Origin: Cyanobacteria bacterium P01_D01_bin.156
GTDB lineage: Bacteria > Cyanobacteriota > Cyanobacteriia > Phormidesmidales > Phormidesmidaceae
Direction: 5' to 3'
Assembly (NCBI GenBank): GCA_039024555.1
Contig: JBCCQQ010000033.1
Location: 1 to 64,000 of the forward strand
Length of the DNA stretch: 64,000 nucleotides
Part shown: one piece after another, positions 37,346-46,714 of the stretch
Position numbering within the stretch: the stretch's first letter is position 1
Layout of the letters: the number at the start of each line of letters is the position of its first letter
Program-made: the position numbers and the translations under genes
Notes under the pieces: generated by a model
What the model saw: only the letters and a program-made list of their open reading frames with translations
What the model was told of the DNA's origin: nothing
Database searches by the model: none

Positions 37346-38854
37346 CTATATTGCGGTCACCCAATAGAGATAATACTCTTCGTCCTGCCACGCTCTAGTA
37401 AAGGACTCAATAGGAATAATTTCTAGGCCTGCTGTAGGTGCTTCGAGTTCTTTTGTGAGCACTAGCAAAATCTTTGGGTGTTCTTTGATCAGCTCTTGTA
37501 TTTGTTGAATGACTTCAGGCTGAGTAACTTCACGTCGAATTCCCTTAAAGAATAGCGTGTAGCTACCTATTGCCTGGCGTTCTGGAAAGTAGAAAGGTTG
37601 ACCGAAATAACCACTGAGGGATGCCATTTGAGCATCCCGACTAGCTACAATAAATTCTCCTTGGAAATTGGCCTGACGCATGTAGGCAGCTGCTTTGCGG
37701 CTGGCGGAATAAGGGATATTTAAATCTGTGCTGAACAGAAAAATGCCCCCAAGTAGGTGGGCAATCAGTATGGTCGTAAAAATGCGGTTAAACCACTTTA
37801 GATTGGGGGTTTGCCAGTTGTTTGGGAAGAGCCTTTTAGTAAGTTGTGGTGAAGCTGGATAATGGTTAGCTAGCCACAAAGCGGCAATCAGGATGAGGTA
37901 AAAGTTGCCGTAGTGTCGCATGGCGCTGGGCATAAACTTGGCATAGGTAAAGGCGAGTAAAATCCCATTGCCCGACAGATAAAAGATCAGTGCGTAGGGT
38001 TTGTTCAGTAAACGTCGGCTAACCCAAAAACATGAGATGAGAGCGATCGCACCGCAAACTGACAAATCTAGATAGCGAGCACCGTTGGGGATAATAATGT
38101 AATAGCCACCAAAAATCCGGCCAATGGCCTTGAGTAACTGTCGAATATCAATGCCATTGGTGTAATCGCCCAGGGCCTGACTCGCCACATCGCTAGGTGG
38201 CAAAATAAAATATAGGGCCAGACCAAACCCTGCAATAATCACAGCTGCACTCACGATGACGTCGAGCCAGTTGCGACGCAGTTTAACCTCAAATAACAGT
38301 TCTACGCCCAGGGTTAGGGCTAGGGCGATCGCAATTAACAAGGCGTATACATTGCTATTGGCAAGCAGTACTAGCAAGCCTGCCAAAGGCCAATAGGCCC
38401 GCTGCCGTTGGGGCCACAGCGCACAAATGGCAAACAGCAGCAACATAGCCACTGCATAGTTACGGGCGATCAGCAAATGCTCATAAAACGGCAGATAGCC
38501 AAAGGTCATGAGCCACTTTTGCCAGTGGGTAAAGGGGCTAAACCGCCAAATTAGCACCACGGTCCCCAACGCCAATAGCCAGTGAAACACCTGCATGGCA
38601 ATGGGATGTCCAAAAAGGTGATATAGAGCTGCCACCAACAAATGCCACAATCCTGGATGGGCACGGTCGTAGTGAACGTTTTCCACAAACGCTGCCCAAG
38701 ATGGGCTATCCCGAGCAATTAACCACACATTCATCTCATCGCGCCACATGCTGTGGTTAAGGGCTCCTATCAGGCCCAATACAGCTACCAAAATAATGGC
38801 GGTCCAACGAGATTGGTACAGGGTGTGTAGCCAGCGAGGCATACGAGGCGTCAT
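37346..38854 (-). CDS. polytopic membrane protein, GT-C-like glycosyltransferase
   Basis: HSMWRDE after TM1, HPGLW, ARNYA; about 10 TM segments and a soluble C-terminal domain. Confidence 0.6.
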   Translation of the reverse strand: MTPRMPRWLHTLYQSRWTAIILVAVLGLIGALNHSMWRDEMNVWLIARDSPSWAAFVENVHYDRAHPGLWHLLVAALYHLFGHPIAMQVFHWLLALGTVVLIWRFSPFTHWQKWLMTFGYLPFYEHLLIARNYAVAMLLLFAICALWPQRQRAYWPLAGLLVLLANSNVYALLIAIALALTLGVELLFEVKLRRNWLDVIVSAAVIIAGFGLALYFILPPSDVASQALGDYTNGIDIRQLLKAIGRIFGGYYIIIPNGARYLDLSVCGAIALISCFWVSRRLLNKPYALIFYLSGNGILLAFTYAKFMPSAMRHYGNFYLILIAALWLANHYPASPQLTKRLFPNNWQTPNLKWFNRIFTTILIAHLLGGIFLFSTDLNIPYSASRKAAAYMRQANFQGEFIVASRDAQMASLSGYFGQPFYFPERQAIGSYTLFFKGIRREVTQPEVIQQIQELIKEHPKILLVLTKELEAPTAGLEIIPIESFTRAWQDEEYYLYWVTAI

Positions 38855-38903
38855 GAATCATAAGACTTGGGGGCGCCCCTGATCATACTCCTAAGGGCGT
38901 GCC

Positions 38904-40640
38904 CTATTTTGCTGTGATGACGGTTTTAGCTAAGACACAGCTATTATCCAGTAGCCAGAAGTTTTGTGTTTCTACCACGCTGCACTGCTTGACATTCATT
39001 TCGAGGAGACTCGGTTTACTTGTAGCCATTGTGTCGACAACAGCCTTAGTGAGAGGCCGGTAATTATTGGCCCAATAGCGGTGGTGAGCTAAATAGTCAG
39101 GGGAAAAAGCCGCCCTAGAAACAAGCCAAAAGTTGATGTTATGAGTGTTTGTAAAAGCTTTTAGACTCTCTAGATCGCTTGTGTAATGGGTCCTTAGTAA
39201 ATCCCTAGCTCGCTGTCGAATCTGCTGGTAATACCCTAGGTGAAAGGGGGTGGCATATTCGGGGGCCATTAGTACGGAGCGTTTGGCAAAGCTAGGAATG
39301 TTGTCGACTTCATAATCTAGAGAAGCGACCACTGTATTCTGAGGCTGACGTTGTAAATACTCGTAAATTGGAGCTTCTTTCCCACGTATGTAAAGGGTTT
39401 TGGGGAAGTTCTTGAGTACGAGAGGATAGTAGAAGAAAATCAGAGCCAAAATTAGCGCGATCGCAATCGTGGCAGCCGCTTTCCATTGCCACAGATACTT
39501 TAACCAGCAGGTCCAGACAATGGCAGCGAAAATTGGCAGCACTACCATAATGCAGTGACTGGTGTAGCGTCCTGGCATGTGCAACCTAAAGGCAACAGCA
39601 TAAGCGAGGCCAAACCAAACCAAACTGACCGCGATGAGTTTGGTAAAAACGTGGATTCTCGGGTTAATACTGCTTAGTTCAGGAAATTTTTTCTGACCTG
39701 CCCGGCACATGGGCAGTAAAAATAGAGCACTGACCAACGTGACAGGGGTAAAAAGAGTGCGCTTTAAAATCGCACCGTGCCCTCCAAAAATAACCAGCCA
39801 GTAGCGGTCAATACCATCACGAAAAAACGAATGACGACCGGAGGGCTGAAATTCTGGAATAGTTTGGGCCTGGGCCATGGTCACTACAGGTCCAAAAGAC
39901 TGGTGAGTCAATAGATAAGTGGGTATAACACATAGAGCCGCTAGTATTAGGGCTGAGATCGCAACTTTGGCTCGATCTTGAGAAATGGTTGGACGATGCC
40001 ACTGAGTCTTTAGCGCTAACCAGTCCACTGCATCAGCGGCATATAACGTCGTTGCCACGAGCCCCACAGGTGGGTAAAACAGAACTAGTAGTCCCAGAAA
40101 GACAAAACTTTTTTCCTTTTTTCCCCTGACAAAATAAAACAACAGGGGCACTAGTAAAGGATAAATAAAGGCACGAGGTGAAGCTGAGACTAAACCATCG
40201 TTACACCAAAGATGCTGGCTCAGCATGACCGATGCCATTGTTCCCGCAGCAGGTATCGGAAAAATTTCTAAAGCTAGACGGTAGTAGTAGCCTGCAGTTA
40301 TTAGCCCCAAGACCATAGGTAGTACTTTGGCTAACCAGTCAGGAGATAAGTGCCCGTAGCTACCTAAGCGATACAGCAGTTTGTAGCCCCAAGGAGCAAT
40401 AGACTGTAAATAGTCAGCGATGACATCATTAGGAAAAGCATCTGCATTGCTAAAGCGCTCCATCCAAAAAAGATAGTGGCGGGCATCATCCTGGATGACG
40501 TAGTCGGCAGCAAAGCCTTTCTGCATAGCTAAATAGCCATAAAAAAAAGCAAAAACAAGACTGATAACTAGCCCTATGCGCCTCTGTAAGCTCCAAGATT
40601 GAGCTTTTCCTCGAAAACTCAAAACCTTACTCGCCAACAT
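38904..40640 (-). CDS. polytopic membrane protein, GT-C-like glycosyltransferase
   Basis: IQDDARH acidic motif after TM1, PRAF, PGRY; start uncertain (40640 or 40688). Confidence 0.55.
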   Translation of the reverse strand: MLASKVLSFRGKAQSWSLQRRIGLVISLVFAFFYGYLAMQKGFAADYVIQDDARHYLFWMERFSNADAFPNDVIADYLQSIAPWGYKLLYRLGSYGHLSPDWLAKVLPMVLGLITAGYYYRLALEIFPIPAAGTMASVMLSQHLWCNDGLVSASPRAFIYPLLVPLLFYFVRGKKEKSFVFLGLLVLFYPPVGLVATTLYAADAVDWLALKTQWHRPTISQDRAKVAISALILAALCVIPTYLLTHQSFGPVVTMAQAQTIPEFQPSGRHSFFRDGIDRYWLVIFGGHGAILKRTLFTPVTLVSALFLLPMCRAGQKKFPELSSINPRIHVFTKLIAVSLVWFGLAYAVAFRLHMPGRYTSHCIMVVLPIFAAIVWTCWLKYLWQWKAAATIAIALILALIFFYYPLVLKNFPKTLYIRGKEAPIYEYLQRQPQNTVVASLDYEVDNIPSFAKRSVLMAPEYATPFHLGYYQQIRQRARDLLRTHYTSDLESLKAFTNTHNINFWLVSRAAFSPDYLAHHRYWANNYRPLTKAVVDTMATSKPSLLEMNVKQCSVVETQNFWLLDNSCVLAKTVITAK

Positions 40641-40698
40641 TGAGTAACCGAACGTATTGCATAGACTGGTATATTTCCTCAAATTCACGACGGCAGCT

Positions 40699-40887
40699 AT
40701 GAAAAATCGTGTTCGTCAAAAAAAATGCAAAATTTGTGCCCACACACAGACAGTGCTTTACCGCGTCAAGTATCAACCCAACGCAACAGACTGGAGCTTT
40801 ATATGTTCCACCTGTTGGACAACTGTTAGCAAAGATAATGCCTATTACGTTTACGGTGGGACTTGGAAAGCTAAAAAACGGCGATAA
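40699..40887 (+). CDS. small conserved Cys-rich protein (putative zinc binding)
   Basis: CKIC...LYR...WSFICSTCW...YVYGGTWKAKKR. Confidence 0.7.
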   Translation: MKNRVRQKKCKICAHTQTVLYRVKYQPNATDWSFICSTCWTTVSKDNAYYVYGGTWKAKKRR

Positions 40888-40986
40888 CACCGCCTTATTG
40901 GAGCCACCCAGCGTTATAGAGGACTTACCACCCAGTGGAGAACTTACTAAAACGCACGGCACAGGCTCCAAGCCATATTTCAATAC

Positions 40987-41026
40987 TATTAGCTCCAAAT
41001 CCCCAGAGATATTAGCTCCAAATCCC
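40987..41026. repeat. 17-bp direct repeat, two copies, 23-bp period
   Basis: tattagctccaaatccc at 40987 and 41010. Confidence 0.7.
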
Positions 41027-41091
41027 TAGAAATCCAGCTAATGTTCTAATGCAATTGGAACGGTCCTAGCAATCCAACGGCCACGGAACCG

Positions 41092-42750
41092 TCAGTCAGG
41101 GTCCGTTGGTGCAGACGTATGCACAAGGTAAGTCTGGTTAATCTGCCCTAGCGATCTGTGGGGAAGAGTCAGCTGGGACAGCTCTGATGATTCGATCCAC
41201 AGGTAGTCATCAGTGCCGACATGCTCTAAGTCTTGTAGTTTCTCCCCTAAGTTTGGTGTATAAAACCTTAGCAGGGTACTACGTTTGCTATTGAGCCCCG
41301 GTGAGAAATCGATGGTCTCAGTCTTTAAAACAGGTTGTATCTCGTTGTGAAGCAGCAGAGTTTTCATTTCAGGGTTTACATTACCCAACTCTGCCGTACC
41401 CCAAGCCAGGGTTAACCCTAGCCAATGCCCCATGAGTAACAAAACAAGCCAGGTGCTTACGGCTAATCCATTTGTTTGAAACCACCACAGCGCAGCCGTG
41501 ACCCAGGCCAGACCTAGACCCAAGGCAATGGGAGCATAGGGGCGAATATCGTTAGAACTGGGTAATACCTGAGTGAATATGGCTAACCCTGCAGCCACTA
41601 TTAGGAATATTCCAGCCAACAGAATAACCCCATTTAACGTTTTTAGAAACCTTCGGAACCCGCCCTTGATAGTTTTTTTAACCAAGCTGTCCATAGCATA
41701 TCCGGTTAGTAAGGCCAAAAAGGGATAGGTAGGAATGGCGTAGTGGGGCAGCTTGGTGGAGGCAACACTCAATATCCCGAGATAGCACAGCGGATAGCCT
41801 AGCAATAATGAAATCTGTGGCTGGGTATATTGTCCCTTTGACCGCAACAAACGATTGAGCAATAAAAAAACAGCGGCCAGCGCAAAAAAGATCCAGATAA
41901 AATCGTTGACGAGTAAATTTAGCAAATAAAACAGGGGCGATTTAGCACGGTCGGCGGTCAGGCTTTGATCCACTGGGAAATTGATCAAAGCATTGATCAC
42001 CGCCATGTTGTAACGTTGCCAGCATTGCCATAGCCAGAAAGCTGTAGGGAATAGGCCGACTACACCTCCTAAATACAAACTCCACTGTTTCCAATGGCCA
42101 GACAGTAACAAATAGGGAAGTAGGCAGACAACAGGAACAGCGGCTAAGGCACTACGCATGAGAACAGTTAAGCCTACAGCCACACCTCCCCCAAAATAGA
42201 GCCAACGTTGCTGAGTATGCGGGTCTGAATAGGTTGTTTCCAGCAATAGCCAAACTGTTAGCAGGATCAGGCCAGTAAACATCACATCTGGTGTAGCCAG
42301 ACGACTGTACTGTAGCCACAGAGGAGCCACTGCTAGGGATAGGGAACCCAGTAGGGCGGCAGTGGGCGAAAGTAACCGACGACCGATGGCATACGTTAGC
42401 AAAAGACAGGCAATGCTGGCCAATACGCTGGGTAATCGAACAGCGACTTCGTGGCGCCCTAAAATGTTAATAAATAGAGCTACTACCCAATAAGGACCTG
42501 GGGTTTTATGGTGAGGGCTAGCCCAGGGATGGATCCAATCGCCTGAATCTACAATGACCCTGGCTCGTCGAGCATACAAACCTTCGTCGTGGGCCATTAA
42601 ACTTTGCTGATCCAGGTTAAAGAATCCTACTAACAATAGGGGTAATAACCATGCCAACAGGATTAGCCAGTGCCATCGTTTTGCCTGAATAATTGCCTGA
42701 ACAATATTTTGAATTCTTTGGGAGACCCGGCCAAGCTGCCAGTGGGGCAT
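41092..42750 (-). CDS. ArnT/PMT-like (GT39/GT83) glycosyltransferase
   Basis: AHDEGLY, HKTPG, RLPS, RLATPD, KLPHY. Confidence 0.85.
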   Translation of the reverse strand: MPHWQLGRVSQRIQNIVQAIIQAKRWHWLILLAWLLPLLLVGFFNLDQQSLMAHDEGLYARRARVIVDSGDWIHPWASPHHKTPGPYWVVALFINILGRHEVAVRLPSVLASIACLLLTYAIGRRLLSPTAALLGSLSLAVAPLWLQYSRLATPDVMFTGLILLTVWLLLETTYSDPHTQQRWLYFGGGVAVGLTVLMRSALAAVPVVCLLPYLLLSGHWKQWSLYLGGVVGLFPTAFWLWQCWQRYNMAVINALINFPVDQSLTADRAKSPLFYLLNLLVNDFIWIFFALAAVFLLLNRLLRSKGQYTQPQISLLLGYPLCYLGILSVASTKLPHYAIPTYPFLALLTGYAMDSLVKKTIKGGFRRFLKTLNGVILLAGIFLIVAAGLAIFTQVLPSSNDIRPYAPIALGLGLAWVTAALWWFQTNGLAVSTWLVLLLMGHWLGLTLAWGTAELGNVNPEMKTLLLHNEIQPVLKTETIDFSPGLNSKRSTLLRFYTPNLGEKLQDLEHVGTDDYLWIESSELSQLTLPHRSLGQINQTYLVHTSAPTDPD

Positions 42751-42836
42751 GGGTAGGGGATTATCATGGGGCGTAGCTATTGTGCCATGCTCTTAACCGG
42801 GTTGGAGAATGGCCAGTTGGGGATAAACAATGGGCA

Positions 42837-44402
42837 ATGGGGAATAGATTTTTGCTGACAAAGGCAACTGGCGAAGTTGATCAGCTGGCGAAAACACGGG
42901 TATGCGATGGTTGGTGGCTGTCGCTAGCCGCAGCGGTGTTGTATCTGTGGCGCATAGGGCTGGTACCCCTGCGAGATTGGGATGAGGGCACTATTGCATC
43001 CGTAGCCCGGGCGATGTTTACCAGCGGTGATTGGCTGTATCCCACCCTGTATAGTGAGCCTTATCTCAATAAACCACCTCTGGTGGAGTGGTTAATTGCT
43101 ACGGGCTATGGGTTTGGCATCTCAGAGTGGACGTCGCGCCTGCTACCGGCACTGGTCAGTGCTTCAGCAGTTCCGCTACTCTACTGGCTAGGTAGAGAGG
43201 TATTTGAACGCCGTCGACCAGCACTGCTTTCAGCATTAGTTTTTTTAACCCTGCTGCCTGTGGTACGTCATGGCCGCCTGGTAATGCGGGATGGAGTGGC
43301 CATAACGCTATTTTTGATTTTGCTGCTCTGGGGGCTTAAGGCTAAAAAACAACCAAAATATGCGGTTGGTGTGGGAGTTGCGTTAGGTCTGATCGCCATC
43401 ACCAAAGGTATTTTGGTGCTTTTACTAGGAACCATCGCCCTCTTGTTTTTATGGCTCAACCAAGGCCAGTCTCTATGGCGTAATCCTTATATTTGGTTGG
43501 GACTAGGTTTAGGGAGCTTGCCTGTTGTGGCCTGGTATGGTGCGCAGCTGGCTCGGTACGGGGATGTGTATTGGCAAGGGCACTTTGTATCTCAGTCGTT
43601 TGATCGGGTTACATCAGCGATTGAAGAGCATCAGCAGCCCCCCTGGTATTACCTGCTAGAGCTCATGAAATACAGCTGGCCTTGGCTAATGTTTTGGCCA
43701 CTGGGATTGGGGCTGGCGTGGCGGCAACGACACCGCACATGGGGGCAGCTAGTCCTAGTGGGGACCGGTGTCTATCTAGGGGCAATTTCCATGATGGGGA
43801 CCAAGTTGCCCTGGTACATCATGCCGTTGTACCCATTTGTAGCTCTAGCTATTGGTGGTTATTTGCACCATGTTTGGCAGCATCCACCCCGCTGGGCAGT
43901 GGGTCTGCTGGGTTTGATTGCGATCGCAGCTCCCATCGGTGGTATCTGTCTGGGGATTGCGGATCAGCAACCGACGCTCATTGCCATTGCTCTCGTGTTA
44001 GGACTGAGCTGTGGCTGGACGGTTTGGCATCTGTGGCGGCGGCGGCCTTACTGGTGTCTGACCTTGGCGGCTGGACTCTATGGCACCCTGCTATTACTCA
44101 TGGGGTCCGACTTTTGGCTGTGGGAACTGAATGAAGCCTATGCGGTTAAGCCCGTGGCAGCATTGGTCAACGAGCATGTGCCAGCTGACGCTGATGTAGT
44201 GACCACCTTTGGCTATGGACGGCCTAGCTTGAATTTTTATAGCGATCGCAAAATCACATCTCTTACGAATCAAGTCCTGTTAGACCGCTGGCAAACTAGC
44301 CTGTATGTATTGGCTGAATCCCATCACCTGGAAGCATTACCAGCCCACGAGGAAATTGGTCGAGTTGAGAATATGGTGCTCATTCAACCAGTATCTGAGT
44401 AG
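42837..44402 (+). CDS. ArnT/PMT-like (GT39/GT83) glycosyltransferase
   Basis: RDWDEG, YLNKPPL, TKG, PWYY, TKLPWY; start uncertain. Confidence 0.85.
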   Translation: MGNRFLLTKATGEVDQLAKTRVCDGWWLSLAAAVLYLWRIGLVPLRDWDEGTIASVARAMFTSGDWLYPTLYSEPYLNKPPLVEWLIATGYGFGISEWTSRLLPALVSASAVPLLYWLGREVFERRRPALLSALVFLTLLPVVRHGRLVMRDGVAITLFLILLLWGLKAKKQPKYAVGVGVALGLIAITKGILVLLLGTIALLFLWLNQGQSLWRNPYIWLGLGLGSLPVVAWYGAQLARYGDVYWQGHFVSQSFDRVTSAIEEHQQPPWYYLLELMKYSWPWLMFWPLGLGLAWRQRHRTWGQLVLVGTGVYLGAISMMGTKLPWYIMPLYPFVALAIGGYLHHVWQHPPRWAVGLLGLIAIAAPIGGICLGIADQQPTLIAIALVLGLSCGWTVWHLWRRRPYWCLTLAAGLYGTLLLLMGSDFWLWELNEAYAVKPVAALVNEHVPADADVVTTFGYGRPSLNFYSDRKITSLTNQVLLDRWQTSLYVLAESHHLEALPAHEEIGRVENMVLIQPVSE

Positions 44403-44494
44403 GACAGCTAAACTCTCACCAAAAGCAAATCTTGTGGGTATCATTTACTTCTGGTGCATAAAAAATTGAAAGTAGCATCAAGAGGGGCACTACC

Positions 44495-44758
44495 TTGGCT
44501 GACGATCGCGAAAACCAGAAAGATAATTTCATCATGCCCCGTGCTCCATACCGTGGCGAGTACACGCCTGAGCGCATGGTGTTTAACTCCAATTTACAGG
44601 AATTTGCAAATCGGGTTTCATTGATTTGTAATCTTGAAACTGGTGGAAAAATAACCTCCGAGGATGCTTACAGTCAGATAAAGAAACTGTGGAAAGAACT
44701 CAAGGCATCCAAAAAAAGCCTTTTGGATACGCCAAACATCCCAGATCAGGATGGCTAG
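44495..44758 (+). CDS. conserved cyanobacterial hypothetical protein
   Basis: YRGEYTPE...FNSNLQEFANRVSLICNLETGGKI...AY..IK.LWK.LK. Confidence 0.75.
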   Translation: MADDRENQKDNFIMPRAPYRGEYTPERMVFNSNLQEFANRVSLICNLETGGKITSEDAYSQIKKLWKELKASKKSLLDTPNIPDQDG

Positions 44759-44831
44759 TACGGTAGGCAGTAGGCAGCAGTTCGTCACCATCTAGGGGAC
44801 TTAATTTTTGAACAATTGCTTAAATGATCGC

Positions 44832-45944
44832 CTAACGGAAATGCTCTCTAACCGCTTGAACAATACGCTCGGATGCTTTGCCATCACCAAAGGGATTGAT
44901 GGCCTGAGCCATCGTTTTGTAGGCAGCTGAGTCTCCCAATAGTTTGCTCGCTGCAGTCGTAATCACAGCTGGGTCAGTACCCACTAATTTCGCTGTCCCT
45001 GCTTCTGTGGCCTCAGGTCTTTCTGTCGTTTCCCGTAGGACCAATACGGGTTTTCCTAGCCCTGGGGCTTCTTCCTGCAGGCCGCCAGAGTCAGTGAGTA
45101 ACAAGTAACAGCGCTGCATCGCCCCCACCAGTTGCTGATAATTCAGCGGTTCTACCAAAAACGTTCTGGGATGGCTATCCAAAGCTGCCTTCAAAGGTTC
45201 TCGTACCGTTGGATTGCGATGTAACGGTAGCAGCAGCGCCACATCCTCAAATTTGTCCAAAATCTGTAAAAAACCTTTGGCAATATCCTGCAGCGGTGCC
45301 CCCCAGTTTTCTCTTCGATGCACCGTTGAAAGAATCACCCGATAGTGTTGCCAATCTAGACCGGGTACTTTGCAAGCGGGTGTTTTAGCAGCCACTGTTT
45401 GCAGCGCATCAATGACTGTATTACCGGTCTTAATGACGGTGCCGCACACACCGGAAGCCGCTAGGTTAGCCACTGACTTATCCGTAGGTGGAAAATGCAG
45501 TGTGGTGATTTGTGAGATTAACCGTCGATTGGCTTCTTCTGGGTATGGATTCAAAATGTTGTCTGTGCGCAGTCCTGCTTCCACATGACCCACAGGAATT
45601 TTTTGATAAAACGCAGCCAGGGCAGCGGCAAATGCGGTAGTAGTATCTCCCTGAACAAGGACAATGTCAGACTGTAGTTCAGTAAACAACGTTTGCAGCC
45701 CCTGCAAACTGCGGCAGGTAATATCCGATAGCGTTTGCTTAGGCTGCATGATATTCAGATCATGATCCGCCTGTAGCTCAAATAGCTGCATAACTTGATC
45801 GACCATTTCGCGGTGTTGCCCAGTGAGAACCACCTGGGTTTCAAATTCAGGCGCACGCTTAAAGGCTTGGATAACAGGCGCTAGTTTAATGGCCTCTGGC
45901 CGGGTACCTAGGGTAATGCAAACACGAATATCAGGTGGGGTCAT
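44832..45944 (-). CDS. wecB: UDP-N-acetylglucosamine 2-epimerase (non-hydrolysing)
   Basis: GTRPEAIK, TGQH, VQGDTTT, HVEAGLR, HRREN, DSGGLQEE, NPFGDG. Confidence 0.96.
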   Translation of the reverse strand: MTPPDIRVCITLGTRPEAIKLAPVIQAFKRAPEFETQVVLTGQHREMVDQVMQLFELQADHDLNIMQPKQTLSDITCRSLQGLQTLFTELQSDIVLVQGDTTTAFAAALAAFYQKIPVGHVEAGLRTDNILNPYPEEANRRLISQITTLHFPPTDKSVANLAASGVCGTVIKTGNTVIDALQTVAAKTPACKVPGLDWQHYRVILSTVHRRENWGAPLQDIAKGFLQILDKFEDVALLLPLHRNPTVREPLKAALDSHPRTFLVEPLNYQQLVGAMQRCYLLLTDSGGLQEEAPGLGKPVLVLRETTERPEATEAGTAKLVGTDPAVITTAASKLLGDSAAYKTMAQAINPFGDGKASERIVQAVREHFR

Positions 45945-46174
45945 TAGAAATAAGCGTTTATGTATCGTCTAATGGTTAAGTTGCTGACTGCGATGGAAAC
46001 AGGTTTACGTTTTGGCGCTGCTGATCTTCGAGATGGTCTTATCTGAGCAACACTCAATAGATATTTTTGCGTTCAGATTGGTATATCTCTTGAATCAGCA
46101 ATAGTAAATATCGTTACCTCCTAGTCAAGTCTTTCATAGCAAGGCACACTATTAGTCGGTTTCTTCCCTAACCC

Positions 46175-46636
46175 ATGTCTCAATCCATTACTGTTGGCAC
46201 TAACCATCTACACACTCTAGACCTAACAGCGGCCCAGTCCATACTTGAGGATGTGGATTGGCAACAGGATATTAAATTCAAATTTGCGATTGACTATCCC
46301 CGAGAGGAAAATGATCCTCGGGAGCTGTCGGAAATACCTGAGGTACGACTGTGGTTTATTCGTCTCGATAGCCATTATCCCTGGCTGCCGCTTTACCTGG
46401 ACATTGAGTCTGGCGAGTTAGGCCGCTATGCGGCGATGCTGGTGCCCCATCAGTTTAGTCCCCTGGATGGGATTCGCTATAACCCAGAGGCACTAGAAAT
46501 TTTTGTAATGGGGAAGGTATTTGCGATCGCCCATTGGCTTCAGAAAAATCAAATTGACGGCATCGAAAAGCTAAAGCTAATGGTGAAGTCCTTAGGCTAT
46601 GAACTGGATGATGGTTTATTTGAGCTACTGCGATAA
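46175..46636 (+). CDS. CRR6 family NdhI maturation factor
   Basis: DPRELSEIPEVRLWFIRLD..YPW, RYAAMLVPHQF, NPEALEIF. Confidence 0.88.
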   Translation: MSQSITVGTNHLHTLDLTAAQSILEDVDWQQDIKFKFAIDYPREENDPRELSEIPEVRLWFIRLDSHYPWLPLYLDIESGELGRYAAMLVPHQFSPLDGIRYNPEALEIFVMGKVFAIAHWLQKNQIDGIEKLKLMVKSLGYELDDGLFELLR

Positions 46637-46714
46637 AGGTCGTTTCAGACTTGTTTGACTTGTGTACATACACTAGCGTCTGAATTGATATGACGGTAGT
46701 ACTTACAAAAGCAA

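Noticed and set aside
46104..46117. GTA-N8-TAC between wecB and CRR6
   Set aside because: Lacks the flanking T/A and a properly spaced -10; could be chance.
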